A stretch of 64,000 nt of DNA from an uncultured candidatus Brocadiaceae bacterium. Its GTDB lineage: Bacteria > Planctomycetota > Brocadiia > SM23-32. The translations under genes and the position numbers were made by a program. Positions 1-8,894 of this stretch are shown one piece after another. Numbering within the stretch: position 1 is the stretch's first letter; each line of letters starts with the position of its first letter. The stretch is taken from positions 192,241 through 256,240 of the forward strand of contig CAYQXJ010000001.1 of assembly GCA_964421565.1 (NCBI GenBank), written 5' to 3'. The notes under the pieces are model-generated. The model did no database searches. It saw only the letters and a program-made list of their open reading frames with translations, and had not been told where the DNA came from.

Positions 1-464
1 GAACGCTCCTCGCCGGGCTCAAGCGTGAAGCTCTGGTTGGCCACGTAAAACGTGCCGCCGTGGGGATGCGCTGAGTTCGGCACGTAGCAGATGGCTTCTA
101 TGCCTTGTCCACCCGGTTTGAGCAGCTCCTCGCCGCCAACCGAACGGGGCAGGGCGAAGCGGCGCAGGATGGCGAAGTCCTCGGGGTCTACCTCAAGCAC
201 GGCGTCCTCACCCTCCACCGCTACGTACAGCAGGCCCGTCTGCGGTACAACCGCCAGCCCCTCCAGGTCAGCGCCGGGCCGCAGCACCTGCCTGCGCAGC
301 AGGTCGCCCTCGCGCGTGATCTCGGCGATGTCTCCCTCGTCGCCGATAGCGAAAAGGGTGCCGCGCGTCGGATGCACGATGATACCGGACGGTTCGTTTA
401 GCACAAAGCTCTCCACGCTTCCATGCCAGTCGTACGGAAGGGCGATGCGGTTAGGGTCCAGCAT
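1..464 (-). CDS. SdiA-regulated/YjiK-like beta-propeller domain protein (partial, C-terminus beyond window edge)
   Basis: Reverse-strand reading from the ATG at 464-462 gives MLDPNRIALPYDWHGSVESFVLNEPSGIIVHPTRGTLFAIGDEGDIAEITREGDLL...GLAVVP.TGLLYVAVEGEDAVLEVDP, typical of the YjiK/SdiA-regulated family. It runs without a stop to position 1. It is absent from the ORF track because it runs off the window edge. A lipoprotein signal (MRARNVYRIAIGLWVLSIGG) lies in a -1 frame at 540-481; see findings. Confidence 0.5.
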   Translation of the reverse strand, partial: MLDPNRIALPYDWHGSVESFVLNEPSGIIVHPTRGTLFAIGDEGDIAEITREGDLLRRQVLRPGADLEGLAVVPQTGLLYVAVEGEDAVLEVDPEDFAILRRFALPRSVGGEELLKPGGQGIEAICYVPNSAHPHGGTFYVANQSFTLEPGEER

Positions 465-814
465 GGAGAGGGAGCCACAGCCGCCGATGCTCAGGACCCA
501 GAGCCCGATTGCGATTCGATACACATTGCGCGCGCGCATGCAGTTTCCTCGTCGAGTGTTGGGGAAAGGTGAACCCGGCGGGCCCTGCCGGAAACCTAAC
601 ATATAGCACAGTGCACACTCATTGTCGAGGTCACTGGCAGCCGGGATGCTGCCCCCTGGCACATGGGAAGGCTTGGTCGCCTGCTTCGGCGCAGGGGGGC
701 ACCTTTTCGCTTCTCTTCGCAAGGCTGTACACTGTACGGAGTTCAAGTCGGCTCAGATGCGCCGCCCGGAGTCATCTTCTCCGCGCGTACCTTCTTTGAC
801 CACGGGGGCCAGAC

Positions 815-1243
815 ATGGCACAGGCCCAGAGCGGCGACACAGTAAAAGTCCACTACACGGGTAAGCTCGACGACGGCAGGGTCTTCGACACTTCCCGCGA
901 TACCGAGCCGTTGGAGTTCACCATTGGCCGGAACCAGGTTATTCCCGGCTTCGAGGAAGCCGTCATCGGGATGAGTGTCGGCGAGACGAAGACAGCCAGG
1001 ATCGCGGCGGGCAATGCCTACGGCACACGCCACGAGGAATGGGTGGTGGATGTCGGGCGCGACGAGCTGCCGGACGGTGCCGACCCGGTTGTCGGCCAAC
1101 ACCTGCAGGTAGAGCAGGAAGACGGCCAGAGGACGATCGTCCGCGTCAGTGCCACCTCCGAGGACAGCGTTACGCTCGACGCCAACCATCCCCTGGCGGG
1201 GGAGGACCTGACATTCGAGATCGAGCTGCTCCAGGTCCAGTAG
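815..1243 (+). CDS. slyD: FKBP-type peptidyl-prolyl cis-trans isomerase (SlyD/FkpB-like)
   Basis: 142 aa. KVHYTGKLDDGRVFDTS...EFTIG..QVIPGFEEAVIGM.VGE are FKBP-domain hallmarks, and the acidic insert resembles the SlyD IF domain. Confidence 0.85.
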   Translation: MAQAQSGDTVKVHYTGKLDDGRVFDTSRDTEPLEFTIGRNQVIPGFEEAVIGMSVGETKTARIAAGNAYGTRHEEWVVDVGRDELPDGADPVVGQHLQVEQEDGQRTIVRVSATSEDSVTLDANHPLAGEDLTFEIELLQVQ

Positions 1244-1646
1244 CTGCGCCGCTGCAGTCCCCGCCTTGCCACAGTAGGCCGCCTTGCGGGCGCAGAGCAC
1301 CGTTCTTCTCCATTTCCGCATCGAGCAGCCTGCGCAACAACTGCTCGCGCAGCTCTCGGCACTCGGAGAGGTCCCACATGTTGTGGCGCTGGTCCGGGTC
1401 GTCGTGCAGATCATAGAGCTCTCCGTAGCTGCGCTCATGGTAGGCGACCAGTTTGTGGCGGCCTGTGATTGGCGTCCGCTGCATGAAAGGGCCTTCGGCG
1501 GGCCTGAACTCGACCATAGCCTGCTGACGTGCATGCTGGCGGGCCTCGATCCAGCATCGCAGTTGGTTAACCCCCTGTTGGCCAGGCGGCTGCTCCATGC
1601 CCGGCGCGCACAGGAAGGTGGTCCCAACGTCCAGAAGGCTCTGCAC
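1170..1646 (-). pseudogene. Sulfatase C-terminal remnant (truncated; overlaps the 3' end of slyD)
   Basis: The ORF contains RTPITGRHKLVAYHERSYGELYDLHDDPDQRHNMWD, the conserved C-terminal block of formylglycine sulfatases (compare IRTERYKY...GLEELYDLEADPAEVNNL in the 3343-5040 sulfatase). Only ~100 aa of sulfatase-like sequence is present. There is no room for the N-terminal catalytic domain before the 1750 gene. Confidence 0.45.
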
Positions 1647-1749
1647 CGATGAGCTGCGGGCGCCGGGCAGGCGAGTTGCCGCTCTGCCGCGTACCTGGTA
1701 TCTTCTTGCACCGGCAAGTTACTGACCCACACGCGAGCGGAGGCTCATC

Positions 1750-3309
1750 ATGCGACGGCCCTGTGCGTTCCTGGTTGTGCTGGCAGTTTGCCTGTTCCAA
1801 GCGCATATAACAGCCGGCCTCGAGCTACCGTCCGTCATCGGCGACCATATGGTGCTACAGAGGGAAACCGACGCTCGGATCTGGGGCTGGGACGAGCCTG
1901 GCTCGCGTGTAACCGTCGAGTTTCGCGGGCGTGCCTTCGCGGCTGTTGCGGGTGACAACGGCAGGTGGCAGTTGAGCATGCCGACTGGGGCAGCAGGGGG
2001 GCCGTCTGCTCTGGTGGTGCGCGGCACGGAGGAGCGCCGCGTCGAGGACGTGATGGTCGGCGAGGTCTGGGTGGCCGGGGGGCAGAGCAACATGTGGTGG
2101 GCGGTGAGCAACTGTGGGAACGCACGGCAGGTCATCGCGGAGGCCGACTACCCCGCCGTTCGCTTCTACGACGCGAACACTCACCCGCGCGAAGCTGGCT
2201 GGCTCGCAGATGAGCCTCAGCGCAGCGTCGCGGCCGCCTGGCAGGTGGCGCAGCCCGGCCGGATAGGAGGCTGGGCAGGGGTGGCTTACTTCTTTGCGCT
2301 GGAGTTGCACAAGGAGCTCGGCATCCCGGTCGGCATCCTCCACGTCGCCGTCCCGGGCACGCGCGTTGAGCCGTGGCTGAGTCCCGATTTCTTCCGCAAC
2401 CACTTCCGCCAGACAGTCGAGCTCGCCGAATGCCGCGCTCGCCTGTTTCCGCAGGAGATGGAGGCTTACCGGCAGGCCCACGCCGATTGGGAGCGAGCGA
2501 AAGCAGAGGCCGAACAGCGCGGTGAGCAGCCGCCCCCCGGGCCACGGGCCCCGCGCGAGCCGCAGACGGCTCGAACGCATTCCAGGCTATATAGTGGCAT
2601 GATAGCGCCCGTAGCCGGCTTCGCGAGTCGCGGCTTCATCTGGTGGCAAGGGGAGAGCAACGCACGCGACGCCATGCAGTATCGGGAGCTGTTTCCTTCG
2701 CTGATCCGCGACTGGCGGCGTGCCTGGGGCAGCGGCGGGGCACCGTTCCTTTTCGTCGAGCTTGCCGAGTTCCTGGCGGAGCAGCGCGCGCCCGTTGAGG
2801 ATGCCTCCTGGCCCGCCCTGCGCGACGCTCAGCACCAGGCTCTCCGCCTGCCGCATACGTACATGGTCTCGGCCATTGACATATTCCGGCCGCAGGACGA
2901 TGTCAATAACATCCACCCGCCCCATAAGCAGCAGACCGGGCACCGCCTCTTCCTGACGGCCCTGGCGAACGTCTACGGCCGGCAGGAAGTCGTTTGGTCG
3001 GGGCCTATGTTTGAGTCCGCCGATTTCGAGTCCGATCACGTTCGCATACGTTTCGGCCACATCGGCGGCGGGTTGGTGGCGCGGGGGGGAGCCCTGAAGG
3101 GATTCGCGATTGCCGGGGAAGATCGCAACTGGCACTGGGCGGAGGCGAGCATCGACGGGGCGTACGTGATGGTGCACAGCGCGGAGGTACAGCACCCGCT
3201 AGCGGTGCGCTACAACTGGGCGAACAATCCGGTTGGCAACCTATACAACGCCGAGGGGTTGCCCGCCTTCCCGTTCCGCACAGACCAGTGGCTGCTGCGA
3301 ATGCCGTGA
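1750..3309 (+). CDS. Sialate O-acetylesterase family (SASA/DUF303, SGNH-like) with signal peptide
   Basis: 519 aa. N-terminal signal MRRPCAFLVVLAVCLFQAHITAG and a GQSNM motif block typical of 9-O-acetylesterases. Confidence 0.8.
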   Translation: MRRPCAFLVVLAVCLFQAHITAGLELPSVIGDHMVLQRETDARIWGWDEPGSRVTVEFRGRAFAAVAGDNGRWQLSMPTGAAGGPSALVVRGTEERRVEDVMVGEVWVAGGQSNMWWAVSNCGNARQVIAEADYPAVRFYDANTHPREAGWLADEPQRSVAAAWQVAQPGRIGGWAGVAYFFALELHKELGIPVGILHVAVPGTRVEPWLSPDFFRNHFRQTVELAECRARLFPQEMEAYRQAHADWERAKAEAEQRGEQPPPGPRAPREPQTARTHSRLYSGMIAPVAGFASRGFIWWQGESNARDAMQYRELFPSLIRDWRRAWGSGGAPFLFVELAEFLAEQRAPVEDASWPALRDAQHQALRLPHTYMVSAIDIFRPQDDVNNIHPPHKQQTGHRLFLTALANVYGRQEVVWSGPMFESADFESDHVRIRFGHIGGGLVARGGALKGFAIAGEDRNWHWAEASIDGAYVMVHSAEVQHPLAVRYNWANNPVGNLYNAEGLPAFPFRTDQWLLRMP

Positions 3310-3342
3310 AAGCGGGCTGCGGAGATGTGCCACGTGGCCGCC

Positions 3343-5040
3343 TCAGTGGCCGTCGCTCTTCTGCCGCGAGCGGATGTGCTCCACCAGGTCGGGGTCACCT
3401 CCCGCGCTCAGGTAGTAGTCGAGGTCCAGCCGTGAGAGGTCGAGGACCTTCTCCTTGGCGGTTGCCTGGAGGACTTCCTCCTTCTCGGATTGATACTGTG
3501 CTGCCTCTTCCGGCGGCAGGTTGAAGGGGTGCATGTGGAACTGCCAGTTTTGCCCCTTCTTCTGCGGGGGCCAGGGCTCCTTCTCCGGCTCGTCTGAGGG
3601 GACCAGCCGGCCATGCTCCAGGCTCTCGGCATGGCCATAGCGGGCCTCATAGCTGGCCAGCGTAGCCTTCAGATGGTCGTAGGCGGCCCGCTGGTCTGCC
3701 GCCAGTTCGTTGCGGAGCAGGTTGTTCACCTCGGCGGGATCGGCCTCAAGGTCGTACAGTTCCTCCAGGCCGCCGTCGAACAAGTAGTTATACTTGTAAC
3801 GCTCCGTGCGCAGGCTGATCCACCGCCCTCTGCCCTTGCCGTTCTCGCTGTAATGCACACTGCGGTCGCGCGTTCCGCAGCCCTCGGGTATCAGCAGCGA
3901 CTCGCCCGGCAGGTCGTATTCGGCCGGGTATTCAATCCCGCACGCGTCGAGTATCGTCGGCAGCAAGTCCACCTGGTCGGCGTAGTCGGCGCGCGTGGTC
4001 CCCGGGGCTATGCGTTCGGGCCAGCGCATCAGCAGCGGAATGCGCAGGGAGCTGTCGTTCGGCATGCTCTTGGACCAGGCGCCGTTGTCGCCCAGCATCT
4101 CGCCGTGGTCGCTGGTGAAGATGACCAGGGTGTTGTCGAGCTGGCCGATCTCCTCCAGGGCATCCAAGACCTTGGCGATGTTCTTGTCCACGTGGGTGAT
4201 ACTGGCGTAGTAGAGCTCACGGATGCGGCGAACCTTGGCCGGATCGCGGTAGTCGATGCCGAACCGGGAGTGCGCGAGCCTCGGGTTGGCGTCCTCCTCC
4301 TGGGCCGTTGGCTCGGGCAGGTCGGCGCCCTGGTAAAGGTCGGCCAGTTCGTCCGGAGGGGCGAAGGGAGGGTGGGGATCAATCCAGCCTGCCCACAGGA
4401 AGAAGGGGCGGTTGCGGTTCTGCCGTATCACCTCTGCCGCTCGGTCCCCAACCCACGTGGTGCCGTGATGTTGCTCGGGCAGCAGACTGCGTTGCGGCTG
4501 ACGGTAGAGCAGGTTCCGTATGCCATGGATGTTGCGCACGTGGCCGAGGCCGACCGAACGCAGGTACTGTGCGTAGTCGTCATCCGCCGGGTTGCGGAAC
4601 AGCTCCTCCATCAGTTGCATACGGTGGAAACCGTGGTGGGTGCGGGCGGGTCGGAAGTGCATCTTGCCCACGACCTCACAGTGGTAGCCGTTGTCGGCCA
4701 GTATCTTCGGCAGGCGGGGCACAGCGCGCGGTATGACGGCACTGTTGTTCACCCACATGCCGGTGTGGCGGCTGTATAGGCCCGTCAGCAGGTTGTGGCG
4801 CGCCGGCACGCAGACCGGGTTGGTGCTGCAGGCGTGGGTGAAGGCGACGCCTTCCCGGACCAAGCGGTCCAGGTTGGGCGTGATCATGTGGTCGTATCCG
4901 AGTGCCCGGATGGTGTCGTGGCGCTGCTGGTCGGTGAACAGCAGCACAACGTTCGGCTGGCCCTCCGGGCGTTCCTCGCGGAACAGCGGGAAGGTGTAGT
5001 CGCGCACTTCAGGCATGGCGCCCTCCAGAACCCTGGACAA
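3343..5040 (-). CDS. Arylsulfatase-family sulfatase (Cys-type), no signal peptide, ~100-aa C-terminal extension
   Basis: 565 aa, TTG start. LLFTDQQRHD, the C-x-P-x-R site CVPAR followed by HNLLTG, and the C-terminal RTERYKYNYL...ELYDLEADPAEVNNL block. No hydrophobic N-terminal segment. Confidence 0.85.
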   Translation of the reverse strand: MSRVLEGAMPEVRDYTFPLFREERPEGQPNVVLLFTDQQRHDTIRALGYDHMITPNLDRLVREGVAFTHACSTNPVCVPARHNLLTGLYSRHTGMWVNNSAVIPRAVPRLPKILADNGYHCEVVGKMHFRPARTHHGFHRMQLMEELFRNPADDDYAQYLRSVGLGHVRNIHGIRNLLYRQPQRSLLPEQHHGTTWVGDRAAEVIRQNRNRPFFLWAGWIDPHPPFAPPDELADLYQGADLPEPTAQEEDANPRLAHSRFGIDYRDPAKVRRIRELYYASITHVDKNIAKVLDALEEIGQLDNTLVIFTSDHGEMLGDNGAWSKSMPNDSSLRIPLLMRWPERIAPGTTRADYADQVDLLPTILDACGIEYPAEYDLPGESLLIPEGCGTRDRSVHYSENGKGRGRWISLRTERYKYNYLFDGGLEELYDLEADPAEVNNLLRNELAADQRAAYDHLKATLASYEARYGHAESLEHGRLVPSDEPEKEPWPPQKKGQNWQFHMHPFNLPPEEAAQYQSEKEEVLQATAKEKVLDLSRLDLDYYLSAGGDPDLVEHIRSRQKSDGH

Positions 5041-5292
5041 TGGCTAAGCCAGCTCGACACATTACACGCAGACGCGCCCCGTATCAAACGGCCGGCGTTC
5101 TTTGGTGCGCAACCCACGTGGGGCATCAACGAGGGAGCTGACGGCAGCCCCACCATGACCTGACACCCGCGCGGCGGCCACACCGCCGGGCAGCATTCGC
5201 AAGCTCGGGACTGGCTGACGTTCAACATGGTCCAGACGGGCGCCCACCGCACGGGTAAACCGTGGGAGATGATTGCGCGCGAGTACGCCCGA

Positions 5293-5319
5293 AAGCCCGT
5301 GAAGCCCGTAAAGCCCGTA
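5293..5319. repeat. Three tandem copies of a 9-bp unit AAGCCCGTR, with a degenerate fourth copy upstream
   Basis: aagcccgtg aagcccgta aagcccgta is read directly in the 350-bp intergenic region between the alpha-galactosidase stop and the sulfatase start. Confidence 0.6.
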
Positions 5320-5392
5320 ATCAACGGCAAACATGGCTATGAGCACATACCCCATGATCTGGACGGAAGCCGGCCGAAGCGTGACGGCGGCT

Positions 5393-7663
5393 CTACGTGA
5401 AACGAAGAGCGAGCTGCCGGGGACCGTCCAGCCTCACTTCCACGAAGTGCACCGTCCCACCGTCCGCAGTGGGCTGGGCCTCGGCAGCGTCAGGTGCGGA
5501 TAGCGCCATTTCGCCTGGAGCCCAGACGGCGATGCGTCCTCGCCGCCCGTGAAGGTCTTTCAGCCCGAGAGCCAGTTCCGAGCGCTTTTCATCCCAGCTC
5601 TCCGAACTGATTTCCACGGCGCCCTGCGTGATGTGCAGGTCGGTGCCCACAACCTGTGGCTTTCCGGACGCCGGCACCAGGTTCACGAGCTTGACGCCGT
5701 GTGCCGGCGCTGGCCCCAGGACTTCGGTGCCTTCGAACACGGCCAGGTATCGTTGGGCCAGCACGTCGAATGCGTGGTGGGGCTCCCCCGGCGCCAGGCC
5801 GATAGCGCTCAGGTCCAGAGCGTCGCTGACTGACTCGCCGGCCCAGTTCAGTCCCGCCGCTACGGTCCACTGCCGACCGCCTTCGCAGAGGTACAGTTCC
5901 AGCAGCCGGGGTGCCGCATCGGCGAAGAGATCGACGGGCCGGAAGCAGCCGCCCTGGTAGGCCGGCAACAGCAGCGTCAGCAACCACTGCCGCTCTGCTG
6001 ACAGCGCGGAGACGTCTTCGGCGATCATAACGGCTGCTCCGGACAGCCCCGTCACCGCCGCGTAGAACTGCGCCTCCTGCAGTGTCAAGCGCATCGGATG
6101 CTCCGCTGAGCCCGGCCAGAAGGGGCTCTGTTCGCCACGCGCGCAGAGGCTGTCCGTGTAGTTCGTCCATAGCCGGTTGTGCATGAAGTACTGCTGCAGT
6201 AACTCGCGCGATCCACGACAGACCGACGCCCAGTGTGCCGGCACGTCGATCCCCACGCGTACCATGTTGGCGATGCCCACGATGGGCGCGTATGGGGTGC
6301 CACACCCCAGGATCATGACGTCGGCGCCGAGGCCCCGTCGAGCTGCTTGCACGCCGCGCCGCAGTGCGGCGGCGGGCTGCATGGCGGGCGCGGCTACTTG
6401 CGCGCTCCCGGGGTCGGGACTCCCCTCGCCGATGAAATCGAGCATTACCATGCCGAAACCCGCCTCCCTTGCCCGGCGGTAGCGCTCGGTCACGAACTCC
6501 AGCGCGCTGTCCTTCGTCAGGTCCAGATGGTACTGTGCGCCGGGGCTCACGGTATGCTCCATGGCGGCGAACGATCTGCCCATGATGTTCCGTATCGGTT
6601 CGCCGAAGGGATGAGGCGTTCCGTCGCTGTTCTGCTGGAAGAGCTCGGGCTGTTCCACGATGGCGGGGGCCGTCGGGTGATCGTACATGAAAGCCGTCAT
6701 CCATATGCTGGGGATGAACCCCAGGGAACGGACCCGTTGCGCCAACCAGGCCAGGCCGTGAGGGAACTTGTCATTTGGGCGGTACTCGCCGCACGAGTAG
6801 CCGAGCTGCCAGCCCCAGTCCAGGTGGATGTAGTTGACGGGGAAGCGGTCGCGGTTCGCCGCCAGGAACTGTGCGTTCTTCAGAATGTGCTCTTCGGTGA
6901 CGTGCCCGCAGTAGTAGTACCAACTGTAGAACCCCGTCGCCGGTGGGTCCATGAACACGGCGGTGTTGAGGCGCCCGGCCAGCCCGGCCCAATGCTCCAG
7001 CCCCTCGAAGGCGTCTCCACCCAGGTGGAGATACGCCCACTCGGACGATGCCGATTCGCCCGGTTCGAGCGCGAAGTATTGGAACGTGCTCGCAGCCTCG
7101 AGCTTGAGCGCGGCCCCGCAGCGTCGGCCTCCGATGTGACCGGGCGACTGCCCGTAGGACACGAAGCCGCTGACGATGCCGTGGCCCGTCTCGTCCGCAA
7201 CGGCGCCGACCATCTCGGTCTCGAACTCCTCGTCCAGGGGGGATACTCCCTTTTCAGACCACGAGTGCGCGCCGAGGCAGAAGGTCCGCAACCGTTCGCC
7301 CGGCAGAGGCCAGCCTGCACCCTTTCCGAGACAGCAGAGGGGGACAAGGGCGCCGAGCGAGAGCGACCCGTTGCCCCCGTTGGTCAGCTTCAGCCGCAGC
7401 AGCAGCACGGGATCCGCATCGGGCAGGCGGACCGTCCACTGCGCGACCACCTGCGGCTCATCAAGCCGCCCGCAGAATGTGAGTTCCCGCCCGCCGCCCG
7501 TCTCGTCATCAAACCTTGTCTCGCGCATCGTGGCGGCTATCTGGCCCAGGCCATGCTGCTCGCCGTCCAGAACGCATGCGGGCTCGATGCCGACCACGCC
7601 GGCGCCGGCGCCCTCGACGTCGAGTTGCGGCAGCTCGGGCCGCAAGCGGAACTGTAGGGCCAT
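5393..7663 (-). CDS. Glycoside hydrolase, alpha-galactosidase-like (clan GH-D, GH36-like)
   Basis: 756 aa with YIHLDWGWQ and MVMLDFIG segments reminiscent of melibiase-type catalytic barrels. Family assignment is tentative. Confidence 0.5.
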   Translation of the reverse strand: MALQFRLRPELPQLDVEGAGAGVVGIEPACVLDGEQHGLGQIAATMRETRFDDETGGGRELTFCGRLDEPQVVAQWTVRLPDADPVLLLRLKLTNGGNGSLSLGALVPLCCLGKGAGWPLPGERLRTFCLGAHSWSEKGVSPLDEEFETEMVGAVADETGHGIVSGFVSYGQSPGHIGGRRCGAALKLEAASTFQYFALEPGESASSEWAYLHLGGDAFEGLEHWAGLAGRLNTAVFMDPPATGFYSWYYYCGHVTEEHILKNAQFLAANRDRFPVNYIHLDWGWQLGYSCGEYRPNDKFPHGLAWLAQRVRSLGFIPSIWMTAFMYDHPTAPAIVEQPELFQQNSDGTPHPFGEPIRNIMGRSFAAMEHTVSPGAQYHLDLTKDSALEFVTERYRRAREAGFGMVMLDFIGEGSPDPGSAQVAAPAMQPAAALRRGVQAARRGLGADVMILGCGTPYAPIVGIANMVRVGIDVPAHWASVCRGSRELLQQYFMHNRLWTNYTDSLCARGEQSPFWPGSAEHPMRLTLQEAQFYAAVTGLSGAAVMIAEDVSALSAERQWLLTLLLPAYQGGCFRPVDLFADAAPRLLELYLCEGGRQWTVAAGLNWAGESVSDALDLSAIGLAPGEPHHAFDVLAQRYLAVFEGTEVLGPAPAHGVKLVNLVPASGKPQVVGTDLHITQGAVEISSESWDEKRSELALGLKDLHGRRGRIAVWAPGEMALSAPDAAEAQPTADGGTVHFVEVRLDGPRQLALRFT

Positions 7664-7707
7664 CGGACCTGTCTACCTTTCTGCATCTGGGGCCGAGCCG
7701 AGTTCCC

Positions 7708-8682
7708 TCAGCCCAGCAGTAGCTTCCTCATCAGGCGGCTGGCGGCCACGCCGTTCTTCTTCCGCAGGGTTGCCGCGACCTCCTCGGGGTCGGCACTCTC
7801 GGCGAGCGACTCCAGCGCGTCCATCCACCTGGCGCTCTCCTCTACGGCGTCGCGGCCGTCTTCTCGGTACGGGAACTGGTCGATAGTGAGCCATCCTTCG
7901 TACCCGATGCGCCGCAGCCAGTAGAAGAACTCCAGGTACTCCAGGGTCCTAACCGAGCCGACGATCATGTCGTCGTCCCACAGGCGGTAGTTGTCATTGA
8001 TGTGTACGTGCTTGAGCAGCCCGCCGTACTTGCTCAGCAGCGCGACCGATTCGGCGGGGCTCTCGTATCCCAGCAGGGCATGGCCGTAGTCGAACGCCAC
8101 GCCGCAGTTCGGCTCGCCGACCTCCTGCACCATCAGGATGGTGGTACCCACGGTGTTGACGTAGCTGTGCGTGCGCGGCTCCTTGAGCTTGTACTCCAGC
8201 GTCAAGGTCACGTCGGTGCGATGCCGGCAGGCCTCACGGACGCCCTCGGCGAACCACGTGCGTTCGGTCAGGTAATCGGCCTGGAAGGGGTAGTCGAAGC
8301 CGTCCTGCCCCGGCCAAATGGTAACGAGCCGACAGTCGAGTTGAACCGCCAGGTCCATCGCCTGTCGTGTCGCGTCGACGGCCTGCTGGCGGATGTTAGG
8401 ATCCACCGAGGAGAACGACCCCTGCTTCCACCTGGCCTGCGTGAAATGGTCGACGGCGACCGACACGATCTTCAGCCCGGTTCGCTCGATCGACGCCCTG
8501 ACCTCGTCCATGCTGGCCAGAACCTCGGGCGTGAGCACCAGGTCGACGCCGGCGAGCAGGTCGACCGATGCCGCGCGATCGAACAGCTCGCTCAGCGTGA
8601 ACGAAGGTGCATACTCAGGGCAGTAGCGGTCCGAGCAACTGCCCACATTCGCCAGGAATACCGAGTACTTCCGGTTCGCCAT
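7708..8682 (-). CDS. Sugar phosphate isomerase/epimerase (xylose isomerase-like TIM barrel)
   Basis: The ORF 7708..8763 has a probable start at MANRKYSVFL (8682). Metal-binding TIM-barrel pattern: DYGHALL, HINDN, WLTIDQFP. Confidence 0.7.
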   Translation of the reverse strand: MANRKYSVFLANVGSCSDRYCPEYAPSFTLSELFDRAASVDLLAGVDLVLTPEVLASMDEVRASIERTGLKIVSVAVDHFTQARWKQGSFSSVDPNIRQQAVDATRQAMDLAVQLDCRLVTIWPGQDGFDYPFQADYLTERTWFAEGVREACRHRTDVTLTLEYKLKEPRTHSYVNTVGTTILMVQEVGEPNCGVAFDYGHALLGYESPAESVALLSKYGGLLKHVHINDNYRLWDDDMIVGSVRTLEYLEFFYWLRRIGYEGWLTIDQFPYREDGRDAVEESARWMDALESLAESADPEEVAATLRKKNGVAASRLMRKLLLG

Positions 8683-8894
8683 TGTTTCACACCCCCGGGT
8701 AGTGAGAAGCATCCGATTCCGGTGCGGCCGAAGCATTCTATTGCCGGTGGGCGACACGGGCAAGCCCCTTCGCGGCCCTTGCGGCCGCCGGCCTGGTGCG
8801 AGTGGACCTTACGGGCAAGGCGCAACGCAGGCATTGAAGTCGGGCGGACGCGCATGTATAAAGTACGCGAGAAGCAAAGCGATGGTTCGGGGGG

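Noticed and set aside
640-665. TGGCAC hexamer upstream of slyD as a possible sigma54 -24 element
   Set aside because: The required GC/TTGC -12 element is not at the 10-nt spacing from the GG doublet (AAGG is found instead).
91-864. Several + strand ORFs (91..606, 105..401, 509..799, 622..864) at the window start
   Set aside because: They are antisense to, or overlap, the YjiK-like gene read on the minus strand, and their products are Arg/Ser/Pro-rich low-complexity sequences typical of spurious frames in high-GC DNA.
5589-6704. 371-aa Arg-rich ORF, and other long antisense ORFs inside hoxF (17215..18351), the crtI-family genes (10288..12084), the alpha-galactosidase and elsewhere
   Set aside because: They are shadows of bona fide genes on the opposite strand. 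Their composition is extreme (poly-Arg/Ala/Pro) and they lack any recognisable domain.
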